Source: Octopus sinensis (lineage: Eukaryota). Taken from it: a stretch of DNA of 64,000 bases. The notes beneath the pieces were generated by a model, which made no database searches, had not been told where the DNA came from, and worked only from the letters and a program-made list of their open reading frames with translations. The position numbers and the translations under genes are program-made. This document shows positions 52,280 through 64,000 of the stretch, in pieces (within the stretch, counting starts at the first letter, position 1; each line of letters begins with the position of its first letter). The stretch is from contig NC_043023.1 of assembly GCF_006345805.1 (NCBI RefSeq), positions 17,546,001 to 17,610,000 of the forward strand, read 5' to 3'.

Positions 52280-54070
52280 ACTAATATTAACCCACCTCAA
52301 AGTGAGATGATGTCCTGTGATATTTTCGTTGGAAATGTGAGCTTTGATTCATGAGCACTATCTTTTGAATTTTTGTCATTCTGGGGTGTCCTGGTATCTC
52401 AGCTGGGTAGCAATCAGCCCGTTTTGCAATCATTCCCAGGGCATTTATGTCAAGAGGTATTGTTTTAGTCTTCAAGTTCCATATTTTGCTACTTTCTATT
52501 TCAAAATCTTTATACTTGGTCAGTTTCTGGCAGGTCTTGACAGATACGTTTATATTAATTGTGACAGTCGTATCAATGAGGAGGCATGATTTTTGTCTGA
52601 AGTCTTTCAATATAATGTCTGGCCTATTTGTCTCTGTATTTCTGACATCTTGAATGAAGAAATTACTCCAGAGGAGTGAGATGTGATCATTTTCAAGCAC
52701 TGGCGGTGATTTGTGTTCCCACCGGTATTTATCATGGGGCAAGTCCAGGTTTTTGCAAATTATCCAGCGAATATATTGTGCTGCTCTATCATGCCTGTTG
52801 CACATGGAGACAAAATGATCAATGGTTTCATTTTGTTGTTGACATACACCACATGTTGTCTACTGCCGTTCTCTAATATGTTGACCTGGTAGTTCCTTTG
52901 TAGGTAGGAATTGATCTCGGGCTGCTATGAGTAGCCTTTCTATTTCAGATTTTAAGCCAGAAGCCATTAACCATTGATGGGTAAGGGCTTTGCCAACATC
53001 TGCATTATTCGATCGCTTTGGATATTTACCATCAAGAGGATTTTCGTGCCATTTATGAGTCAGAATATCTAAGGCATCAGTTTTACCACAGATTTTCATA
53101 CGCTTAGCTTTTTCTGCGCTTCTTTCTAATACGTCTAATTCCGGAATTTGTTGTATTTGGATTTCTCTTAGATATACCTTTGCCTGTTTTGTTACTGAGT
53201 ATGATGCTTTCTTGTTTCCATGTTTTGAGACAAGCTTTTAACATCCAGTTCTCAGAGTTTTTCAGGTAGGTGTTTAGACCAATTGTGGCAATCTTCATTG
53301 TTAATACCAGTTGTAAAAGTCCACAGCCTCAATCTTTTCTTGGCAGACAAAGTTGTTCTATATTTGCCTTAGGGTGGTGCATTTTATGCATTTTCAACAG
53401 TTTTTGTATTTTTCTGCCAAGATTACCTTACATATTTCAGTAATAATTGACCAGTTAAGGGTATTGAAAATGTAAGTCGCGACTGCTATGGATAAATCAT
53501 TGATCGCTTCGATCCTGTTTCTTGCATTCAGCTCTGTCTTAAGAATTTCTCTCACCCTGCGATAACATTCTCTTCTGATCCTTTTGTAGCTCTCCGCCGA
53601 TTGTATCTCTTTTATGATATTCTGCTGGTCAAGGTTAACGTTAGATGTTTCCGTCATTTTCCTTTGAGAAAAGTAGCTTTTGCACATTTATCGAGGCCAA
53701 ATTTCATTCTGATGACATCACTGAATTGTTTAACAATCGCTAGTAAGCCATTGAGTTGTTGGTCATTTTAGCAAAGAGCTTTAAATCAGCCATCTAAATG
53801 AGATGATTTATATTTTTATCAAACATTTTATATCCGTACTGTGCATCATTGAGCAAATTTAAGAGAGGCATTAAGGCTAGACAAAAGAGGAGTGGTGGAA
53901 TTGAGTCACCCTGGAAAATGCCACATGAAATTCTTACATCTCTAGAATTTAGAGATTCATTGTCACTGTTCAAAGTCAGTGTGGTTCTCATGATCTCATA
54001 CTTATAGAAAAAAAGTCCGCAGAGTCGGAACTATTTTATACATTTCCATACATTTCCTAATCCATACATT
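52280..54070 (-). mobile_element. R4/Dong-like non-LTR retrotransposon, decayed RT + RLE
   Basis: GIFQGDSIPPLLFCLAL, ILKTELNARNRIEAIN, RHDRAA...W and NRPDIILKD...CLLID motifs. Confidence 0.85.
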
Positions 54071-54466
54071 TCCTAATCTTTTGTCTTTTCGAAGAAAATA
54101 TTTTTCGCAGCGTTCACTATTTTCCTCTCGTCCTGGTCTAAGGACCCTCTTTCTTTGTTTTCGTTCGTTTGTTTTGTTTCCTTGTATGTCTCCACTGTTA
54201 TGTTTTTGTTCCTGACTTTGGCCCTCCATAATATCCAAAAGCTCATTTTGGAACTTATGGGAGCGACTTTCTTCGAATTCTCACATCGTCGGTGAATGAA
54301 CGAAATGAGGAGTAGATAGACAGCTGACAACTGATGAAGGGTCGTCCTCTCTGCTTACTTCTCCTGTTTTCCCATTTTTGTCTCTCATTGTTTTCAACTC
54401 GTCTGCTTTTCTACTTCGTTCCTCTTCGTTATTTCCATACTAATAATGTATATATGACTATTGCAG

Positions 54467-54519
54467 ATGGAGGATGAATTATCAAGCTTGACAGGAGCGT
54501 ATGAGGTTGAATATTGTGG
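54467..54519 (+). CDS. Exon (53 nt, phase 0-2), SEA-like domain
   Basis: TTGCAG|ATG GAG...TGT GG|GTAAGC; MEDELSSLTGAYEVEYCG; supplies the phase change needed between its neighbours. Confidence 0.8.
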
Positions 54520-55702
54520 GTAAGCAAAATGGCATTTAATGTTTATTGAAATTTTGTTATGGGTGGGATCGAAATATTCATTTGAATATGTATTCTCGTT
54601 TACAATAGTGCTGTAGAACATAAATAGAAATTCATACTTTCAGTCAACTGTTCATCTGTTTTGTATAAATGGCAAATAAACTCACATATAAATTGATATA
54701 TATATATATACAAAGAAAGAGAGAAAGAGGAGTGGTGAGAGAAAGAGAGAGAAAGGGAGAGGGAGAGAAAGATAAAGAGACTGAACTACATATATCTTCG
54801 TTACCATCACCATCATCAGCAGCATCATTATTATCATCGCATCATCATCATCGTCGTCATCATCATCATCATCATCATCATCACTCTCAACAGTTATGGT
54901 GTGGTTTCTATGGCTTTACAGAGTGTCCCATGGATAGAATACATTGAACAATGGAGAGAATCCGCCTTGCAATTTCAAAGAGTAAAGAGACTACAGAGGC
55001 TTCTATGACTGAAGATTAATAGACGAAAAATATCATACTTTAAGACATGATGAAGTTTGACGAATAGAAGACATTTAAAGTGGTAAGGTGGTGGTAGGGG
55101 AGAAAGAGAAAGAGGTTGGTCACTAATGTGAGAGGGAGTATTGGAGTTAGAGACAGAAGGGAAGGCATTCGTGTTAGAAGTTGATATAAAGGGGCCAGAG
55201 AAAGCTGTACAAGTGATAAGGAGGGACGCAGGGAGATGGATAAAAAAAGAGTACTTTAGCATGGTTACAGTCATCATGATAGGTCAATGTATTGTCCTAC
55301 ATTGTCCTATTGTCCTACCCAGTAAAGGATCGGAGGAGTTGTGGGATAAGGAGAAATTGGGGTAACCGTTCATAGATTGCGAGCTTCATAGGTGGGGAAA
55401 AGATGAATGAATTGAGACTAAACTACCATATTTGATAAGAATATCTGGCAATACGCAATTGTGTGATCCGTTATACTTTCTAAAAGGAACTCAGAAGTTC
55501 TAGTTGTTGATTTCCTCCATTTCGTGCTTGTAACAACTAGAGACATATTTTGTATGTAGATAAGACCTTCCTTAAAATATTATGAGTCCTTTCTTCCCTA
55601 GAACCGTAATTTCTCCCGATGAAGCACACAAAAAATGTGTCAGATTGTCGAAACTTATCTTCATTTAAGATAACCTATACATTACTAATACTACCTCTAT
55701 CG

Positions 55703-55778
<76 letters not shown>

Positions 55779-55782
55779 TATG

Positions 55783-55874
<92 letters not shown>

Positions 55875-55949
55875 TATTATATCTTATATTAGATAGATAT
55901 ATTATATATATATATATATAAACTAAATAAGGGTAGAAATTGATATTAA

Positions 55950-56545
55950 TAAATTAAAACCAGTGTCTTAGCATATTTAAAAACAAATCCGAAGATTAAA
56001 TTCTTTTACATACAAAATTTAGAGGACTGAACTCTAAAAGTGGACAGCCTATATGCTAAACATAGACGTCAAATCGCCATTACCAGGAATAATGTGTTCT
56101 CAAGGAAAATCTAAGCAAAAAACCAGCATGTAAAAATAAGCAAGACAAATGAAAATATACGAAATAAAAAGCGATTACCTATGTACCGTTGGTTTCACTT
56201 CTTAATATTTTTCGTATATGGACACGCAAACATCTGCAAGATCATCAGCATAGTCTGTCGTTTACAAAACAATTTCCAGAACTAGATACAGAATACTCAA
56301 CCGGAATCCAGCATGTATAAATATCTACAAAATTATATTGAGGTATATCTTTCAAATACCTTCACTTTGCCGTTCTCTGAGATTTTTCTTGAGAAAACAT
56401 TCTTCATGGTAATGGCGATTTGACTTCTATGTTTAGCATATAGGCTGTCCACTTTTAGTGGTCAGTCCTCAAAATTTTGTATGCAAAACCATTTTTAATC
56501 TTCGGATTTCTTCAAAATATGCTAAGCCACTGGTTTTAATTAATA
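55950..56545. mobile_element. Penelope-type inverted repeat with a hammerhead-like motif in the spacer
   Basis: ~55950-56111 is inverted relative to ~56380-56541; minus strand 56179-56253 reads CTATG-CTGATGA...GAAA-CCAACGG-TA-CATAG. Confidence 0.65.
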
Positions 56546-57197
56546 GCAATGTCTACCATTATTTAGTTTTAAATATAAAAATGTTCTCCAACCGGTAAAT
56601 TGACAGCTGTAGTTTATTAACTGCAGAGTAGTTTCCGACCTCAGCGCGCCAAAGTGAAGGCATTTGAAAGATGGTAAATACTGCAGTGAATGTGCTTCTG
56701 AGAGAATACCCATGTATACTTGAGAATAGACGTTTGCAATAAATCGTACGTCATAAATTGTATTTCAAATAGATCGTTACCTGTTAAAATGCATGTTATT
56801 AATATCTACACCGCATACATCCAGGAATAAAAATACACACACACATACAACAACAATAACAACACACATACATATGTGTGTATGCATGTATATCCTGATC
56901 TGTAATACAAGCACAGTCATGTACCCTAAATGGAGTAATGGCCTAGGCGCTTATAATGACGTCAGTAGGTAATAAGTTACTGTTAGAATCTCTACCGAAG
57001 TAGAGAATTTATTATTTGACACACATCACATCATATACATTAATATTCATTCTTGGTAAATAAAAGTTTATCTAGGTAAGCAGTACCAGAAAACCGTGGA
57101 ATTTAGATTCATAAAATTTTAATCTATTGAAATAAAGTTGTAGACATTGTTGAAACGAATTATATTGTTTTAATCGCTTTTTAATATCCTATTTCAG

Positions 57198-57355
57198 ATT
57201 ACGAGGGCAGAAAGAGATATTTAGTATTAATTGCTTAGTACCAGATGATGTCACTAAAGATGAAGTTTTGAAGCAAATCTTTGAAATTTTTAACACATCA
57301 CAGACATTACATAATTTGGGAATTCATGAAGATAAGATGGAATTGATTGGTGAAA
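57198..57355 (+). CDS. Exon (158 nt, phase 2-1), end of SEA-like domain
   Basis: ATTTCAG|A TTA...GAA A|GTAAGT; LRGQKEIFSINCLVPDDVTKDEVLKQIFEIFNTSQTLHNLGIHEDKMELIGE. Confidence 0.85.
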
Positions 57356-58504
57356 GTAAGTAGTAGTTTTCTCGCCATTTTTATAGCCATCACAATCACC
57401 ATCATCGCCATTGTCATCTACGACGACGTCGTCGTCCTCATCAGCCTCATGATAAGAAGGTGATACTATTGTGGATACTCACAAACACACTAATACAACA
57501 AATACACACACAGAAAAAACACACACAACGCCCACAAACACACACATTTTCACCCTTTTTCTCAAGTCAATAATGTGTTTCGTAATTTTATTTCTAATGT
57601 TCTTTTCTCCTTCCCACTGTCAGCTGAATCTCTTTACTCATTTTAGTTGGATTAATTACTATTTCTACAGAGGTATTTGTTTACTACCTATTCTGTGTCT
57701 AAGTCTTTTGGAGTCAAAGTAGGACAATACTGTACTACTGACGATTGGGAAACAAGGAACACACTATTCACAGCTGTCCTCTTGTCGCAAGAAAAGAAAG
57801 TGACTGGTTTTAGTTTCCTAATGTCATGTCAATTCATAAGAATTCTAGAGTTACTTTATCTCTTAATAGAGAGGACGATCAGTTCCCTTGAACCTTCACA
57901 GGATCTTCGAGGATGATGAGACAGTAGATGCGATGTATCACAAAACTGGAGACATGTTCTAAATAAGAAAATTCTCCTCCACTAATGGAATCAAAACTGT
58001 CAGGTGGGGGCCATTAAACCAGGTGACGGATTAATCCTTTCAGCCTAGATCGAGATGCTGAGATTTGAAATCAGAAAGTGAAATGTTGGAAGTAGAAACG
58101 CAAAGTACCCGGTTACGCCAATACCCCACGCTGACTCGTAATTTCTTTACAGAACTGGAAACGAGGAAACCCAAATTTGAAATCATTGCTCAGAATCGGA
58201 AGAAATATCATGAAGTAGTTTCGCATGACGTACTTTACAACTCTGCCAATTCATTGCCTACAGACTGTACGGGGCACTTCTGGTTTTAATTGCAAGTTAG
58301 TAGCAATCACCGCTAGATGTCTATTCATGTTTTTTTTCAAACGAAGAATAATTCTAAATATCAATAATTTATTTTGCATAATATTTGGTTATTTAATATA
58401 AGGGTTTTTTAATTTTGTCCTCCGAATTTATAGCTGTTCTCATCATCAGATTCTTCTCTTCAAACATTGTAAATTAATAATCTACCTATTCAATGTTAAG
58501 TGAA

Positions 58505-58795
58505 TGCGATCGATTCAGTGTCTAGAGCATCGGGCTCACAATAATTGTATACTGAGTTCGATTCTGAGACGACGGCGGATGTTGTGTTCTTGAGCAAACC
58601 AATTTATTTGACATTGACTCAATTCTTTCTGCTGTATAGATGAATCACGATGTCATTGTTGTCAAGTTGTATCGGCCTATGCCTATCCCTTGGAAAACAT
58701 TCGTGACATGGAAAGTGGAGGCTGGTATGAATAGGTGACTACTGCCCTTCCACAAACAACCATGCCCGTACTTGTACTTCGGAGGGCAATTTTCT
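58505..58795 (+). mobile_element. Old tRNA-derived SINE (third family)
   Basis: Degenerate A box, B box GAGTTCGATTC, then TTGTGTTCTTGAGCAA. Confidence 0.45.
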
Positions 58796-59114
58796 CTACA
58801 TAGTTTATTCACTGTTAATACTTCTTGGCAAATCTAAACGTAAAGTTGTGATTGTTGTTAATATTCGTCATCGTCATCCTTTCTTTAGATGGTGTGTCTC
58901 TGTAATAAAGGTGAATCACTAGTTCAAGGAGTCATTTTGATGAACCTAACAGACTTCAAGCATGAAGCATGCAGAACAGCAACGGTCTAAGCTATGACAT
59001 ATCTTTTCATTCTTTATAAATTCCTCCAGAGTTGCCACCCATGTCAGGTCATTAAACATTTATACATGGCTACGAAAGAAGCAAACAGCGCCGTACAAAA
59101 TCATCTATTACATT

Positions 59115-59987
59115 AGTATGAAAGTTCTTGGACAAGTCATTTTTGCAAGTAATTGAAGCCGATCTAATGCAAACTGCACGTCAACTTGCGGTACAGTTTG
59201 TCGTCTCCTATGTTACGATCATCAACCACCTTCATCGTCTTGGAAAGAACAGCAGGCTTGGGAAATGGGTGCCACATGAATTGACTGAAGCGAACAAACA
59301 AGCACGTGTGTCACTGCATGTGAAAGTCTGTTCTGGCGAAGCCGAAGATTCGATTGGTTGGAGTCATTAATCACTGTGGATGAAAAGTGGGCACTGTACT
59401 CCAACGTGAGGCGCAGATAATCTTGATGTAGCAAAGGTCAACTGTCAAAACCGTCACCAAAAGGACCCCTTCTTCAAAAGAAGGTTTTGTTTGGTGGGAT
59501 TGCCGTGGAATGATCATGTTGGATCTTCTTCCACGCAAAACCACCGTTTGGAAGGATGTCTACTAAGAACAAATCGACCGTCTAAATATCGCGCTGGCCG
59601 AAAAACGCTCAAATTTGAAGAAGATAATTTACCACCAAGACAACGCGCGAGCACATCGTGCAAAGAAGACGTCGGAGAAGCTGAAGGAGGCGGTGTGGGA
59701 GATTATGATACACGAACCTTAACCCTTCTGACTACCACTTATTCTCTGCCTTGCAACGCGATACAGAGTTAGAAAACGAAAAGGATATGAAATCTTTACT
59801 TTACGTCTTTATTGATTCAAAGCCACGCGATTTCTTGATGAAAGGATACAAAACTTTACCTGAAAGATGGCAAACGTTGATCGATAACGAAGGTGATTAC
59901 CATTTGGATTGATTGTTCTTTATTGCTTTTTTGATTGTTAATAAAATGATGTGTTAAAAGTGTCCAAGAACTTTCTTACCAAACTGA
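59115..59987 (+). mobile_element. 5'-truncated mariner remnant
   Basis: LGKWVPHELTE, LITVDEKW, HQDNARAH and LPERWQ motifs; terminus CCAAGAACTTTCTTACCAAACTGA|TA. Confidence 0.85.
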
Positions 59988-60519
59988 TAGAATGTGCAGG
60001 AACACGCTGACATATATCTGAAATGAAGTAAAAGCAGTCTTTGCTTGGCTGAAAGATTTATACCTTCCTATGCTTTCATAAGCTCAAAAAGCGAAATGTT
60101 TGGAAGATGCCCCCAGATACACAAGTTCATTTGGCAATATGGTCCAGTATATTTCTGAACTAGAGAGTAATCGACACCCATAAGAATGTTTCAAGTTCAC
60201 ACTAAGTGAAGACCAATTCAAGGGAAACACATCTACAAACTGCTGAATAATGATATAATGCCTTTCACTGTACATCGTTTCGTTTTTTATCAATAGATTT
60301 TACCACTGATGTCAGTTGACCAGTCATTGGCATTGCTTGTAATATTGCTCGACAATGTATAAAAATATAAACACATACGTATAGATATATGTGTATATAA
60401 ACGTATGTATATATGTATATCTTTGTGTTGAACAGAGTATCGTATGAGAGTCGAAATGGAAGAGCTCCGTTCAAGAGCAATGAAAGAATATTTGAAAGAT
60501 TCGAACTCTAACACAAAAT

Positions 60520-61085
60520 TGAACTTCACACAGTGAAAGAAACGCAGTGAACCATATTAAAAAATGGATTCTGAAGAAAAAGACGCTGACACAGAATTGA
60601 ACTACGCACGGTGAAAAGTAATATACACACAGTGAAAAATATATGAAAAACGATTCTGAAGAAACAATGTCAACGCAGAAGTGAACTACACTCAGTCAAT
60701 AATAATATGTCCGAATAATAATCCGAAGGATTGATAAATCAGTTCGTTATGTGTTAGTCGCACTAAAAGTAATAATATCGACTTGGTACTACCTGCGGAA
60801 TTTTGAAAAAACATATAATGATGTAGTGTGCAATACATAGATTTGAAAAAAGATAATAATAATTGCCGATAGGGGTATATCGGAGAAAACCAGGATATAA
60901 TTAATTGCTCTGTGATAAGGAAATGATAAAAGATTTTGTTGTTCCGTGTAAGACATAGATTTGAAAATAATAATAATTATTATTCCCGATAGGTGTATAT
61001 CGGAGAAATCTATGTAATAATTGCTTTCTCTGTGATAGGAAAATGAAAGAAAACAATTTTTGGTGAATTGCCGATATGTGTGTAT
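60520..61085. repeat. Diverged local tandem repeats (~80-90 bp and ~120 bp units)
   Basis: Recurring CAGTGAAA...GATTCTGAAGAAA...TGAACTAC and ACATAGATTTGAAAA...CCGATAGG..TATATCGGAGAAA. Confidence 0.6.
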
Positions 61086-61583
61086 CGGAATGCTGTGTAA
61101 ATTTTGAAAAACGATATAGGTTCTGTGGAACAAAAATAATTCTGGTTAGAAAAAACAAAATGAAACAGAATTAACGACATATTTATAGTAATACCAGATT
61201 TCAAACGTTAGCAAATATCCATCTGTCGATTCAGTTGCAAAGAAAGTTAGAATGGACAAATAAAACCCAAGCCGTTTTGTGATTGAGGATACTAAACAAG
61301 TGCTCTTTGAAAGGACTCCGGATGAAATGGAAGTGACTAGTGAAGAACACGTTGTAGAAAATTCTGAAATTATAGAATCTGAGCCGTCTGTTACAGGAAA
61401 AGGTCCTTCTACTGAAAATGCTTCGCCGGGGAATCATTTTAGTACAAACACTTTATTTTAAAGATAGTGAAAGTTTGCAGGTAACCAATACAGTTTCTGC
61501 CGAGAAAAGTGTAGCGAAAGGGAAATATGTAGAAATGAATTATACATGTATAATAATAGTGTGTAAATTTTGAACACACACAT

Positions 61584-61682
<99 letters not shown>

Positions 61683-61722
61683 TCTGGTTAGAAGAAATAG
61701 AAACAAACCTCAAAGTGGGAGG

Positions 61723-61892
61723 TGTTGTGGCGGACGCCTCCAGGTGCGAAGTGGGTTGCTCCACTACTAAGAAATACTGGACTAACACAGTCAGCAGTTT
61801 CAGGCGGCGAGGGCGCTGTTCGGGCTGGTCTCACAGACGCCGAAGTACGTGGTGATGAGGTGGGACAAATTAGTGTCGAGTAGGACACAACG
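61723..61892 (+). mobile_element. Possible short LTR preceded by a polypurine tract
   Basis: AAAGTGGGAGG|TGTTGTG...CACAACG. Confidence 0.3.
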
Positions 61893-62421
61893 ATATAGAA
61901 GGTACGGAAGGTATTTGAAAAGAGTTTTATAGATTACAGAGAAATGCTGAGACAACCCAAATCCCAATATCTTCTGATGACACTTAAAATTTGTTCAAAA
62001 GTATTTTGGATCGGATTAAATGATTTTGTTTTCTTTTTTTCCTGACATGAATTTAACTCTCCTTATGACGTAAGATTTGTATCTGATGTCTTCAAGCACA
62101 ACATTTCTGATTGTTGGTTTTTTTCTGATTCGAAACTTTTTGTAATTGGCTTCATTGATTACCCTGGCTTGTCTTCAACGTTTTACTTAGGCACCTGAAT
62201 ACATTCAGGCGTGCTGCTAGGATCAGTATCCTACTACTACTACTACTGCTGTTGCTTTTGCTGCTGCTACTACTACTGTATAGAGTAGTAGTTGTACTAT
62301 ATAGATTAGTACATTTACTTGCCCAGCCACCATCATCAATATCCATGTATTTCCAGGATATAATCCACACCAATGAATTCTCTGAGATATATCTCATACA
62401 AATGTTTTATTTCTTTTTCAG

Positions 62422-62536
62422 TGTTTTGTAAAGAAAGCACAACCTCAACAAGCAATGGTACTTTCTATTGGCCAATTACAAAAATAGGAACTGATGTGAC
62501 GATCCCATGTCATGCAAATGTAGCAACGAGACACTG
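62422..62536 (+). CDS. Hormone-receptor motif (HRM) exon of adhesion-GPCR-like gene (115 nt, phase 1-2)
   Basis: CTTTTTCAG|TG TTT TGT...CAC TG|GTTCGT; MFCKESTTSTSNGTFYWPITKIGTDVTIPCHANVATRH(C) fits the HRM pattern C...WPxTxxG...PC...AxRxC. Confidence 0.88.
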
Positions 62537-64000
62537 GTTCGTTTCTATTGTTTTACGTCTTCTCAAATTTGAAGTTTTCATTGTCATCGAAGTGTAAGAG
62601 AATGTTACATTGTATCTTATGATAATTCTGCCTGTCACTACGTTACTTAGCCCATCGGTAACGCCATCACGTGATTAGAGATAAAGAGTGAGAAAGAAAA
62701 GATAGGGAGAGTAAAAAGTGAAAGAAAAAGACAACGAGCGAAAAAGAGAGAAAAAGTGAGAGCATCGTGCATGACGTGCGGCAGAGGGAAAGGAATTGTA
62801 AGGCTTTTATGTGATTAGTTTAATGGAAAGAGAGAAGAGGAGAGATAAAGAAAGAAGAGGATAAGGTGGAGATTGAGGCAGAAATACGGAGAATGTAAAA
62901 GAGGGGGGAAGAAGTGTCCATGAAGTATGATAGAGCGAACCTAAGGGATATCATTTTTCATTTGTTTATGGAGGAAACGGGAAAATAAGAGTGAATATTT
63001 ATTTTGAGTGTTGTGTATTGAGTCTATAAAATTGTGAATAAATTATATAAAATATTTATATATAAAGTGTATTTCAATGAATAGCAGATTATCATTTGAT
63101 ACAAGCGAAGGCTAATCTTTCAGGATATTTCGATAAAGTTTTCAAAAATAACCCATTACGTTTACCGTTAATTCCGTGAACTATTCATCGGTGCCGCTAG
63201 TCTATAATATAAACTGGACATGGGCGATCGTTGTATTCTCTCTTGTCTTGAGGTTCACAGCTAAACGGTTGGGTGATTCGCGTGAAAAATGGCACACATG
63301 AGAAGACGGATGCATAGATTGGAATGCGGTTTGTATTTTCCTAGACCCCATAGTTACCGAGAAAATCGATTAAACCCTTTTCTAATGGAATTTCCCCCCG
63401 CCATTAAAACAACCAGTCGCTCACACAAATGGCATATACCATTTCGCTAGCAACAAGGGGAGTACAGGATGACAGCCAGCCAAAGCCATACATACAAACA
63501 TACATACATACATATATACATATATACATAACCTCTCCCTCTCCTTTTCTCTGTCCGTCACGCACACATTAACTCACTACAAAAAGTGAATAACAAAATT
63601 GCAGTTAACCTCTCTCTCTCGGCCATATATAGATACATGCATCTATGTATACATACATACATACCTACATACATACCAACATACATACATACATACATAC
63701 ATACGTGCATGCATAACAACCTGCATGCGTGTGTGTGTGTGTGTGTCACTGAAACCATTCATACATACATACATAACGTTTCTCTCTCTCTCGCTTTTTC
63801 TCTGTCAATTACTCATACATTCACTCACTACACTCTCTGTTATTTTCGATTTCACGCCGACTTTAAAAGATCCCCTGTCCACATAACCCCATATTAAAAC
63901 AATAAATATGTTTTATGGAGACCGACGATCCTCTTCAAAGATGTAAATAAACACACGTGCTTTATTAATGGTTTTGTGACAGTCGTGTGTTCCCATATCG

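Overview
Repeat-rich eukaryotic DNA, most likely from an octopus (inferred from the tRNA-derived SINEs, dense (TA)n/(CA)n tracts, and Penelope, mariner, hAT and Tx1 debris). Most ORFs in the supplied track are microsatellite artefacts. One spliced + strand gene can be read exon by exon from about 17.9 kb to 62.5 kb. It has an array of 72-nt phase-2 leucine-rich-repeat (LRR) exons, some intact and some broken, then an LRR C-terminal cap, a 12-Cys Ly6/uPAR (three-finger) domain, a SEA-like domain and the start of a hormone-receptor (HRM) domain. This fits an adhesion-GPCR-like ectodomain. The signal peptide and the GAIN/7TM region were not found in the window. Main highlights: (1) two different ORF1-only (CCHC zinc knuckle) retroelements inserted one after the other at the same 14-bp site in a SINE head, with 3' ends resembling the tail of a second SINE family; (2) birth and death of LRR exons by duplication of exon+intron units; (3) a full-consensus hammerhead ribozyme in an intronic Penelope element on the gene's sense strand. 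All calls were made by eye, without database searches.
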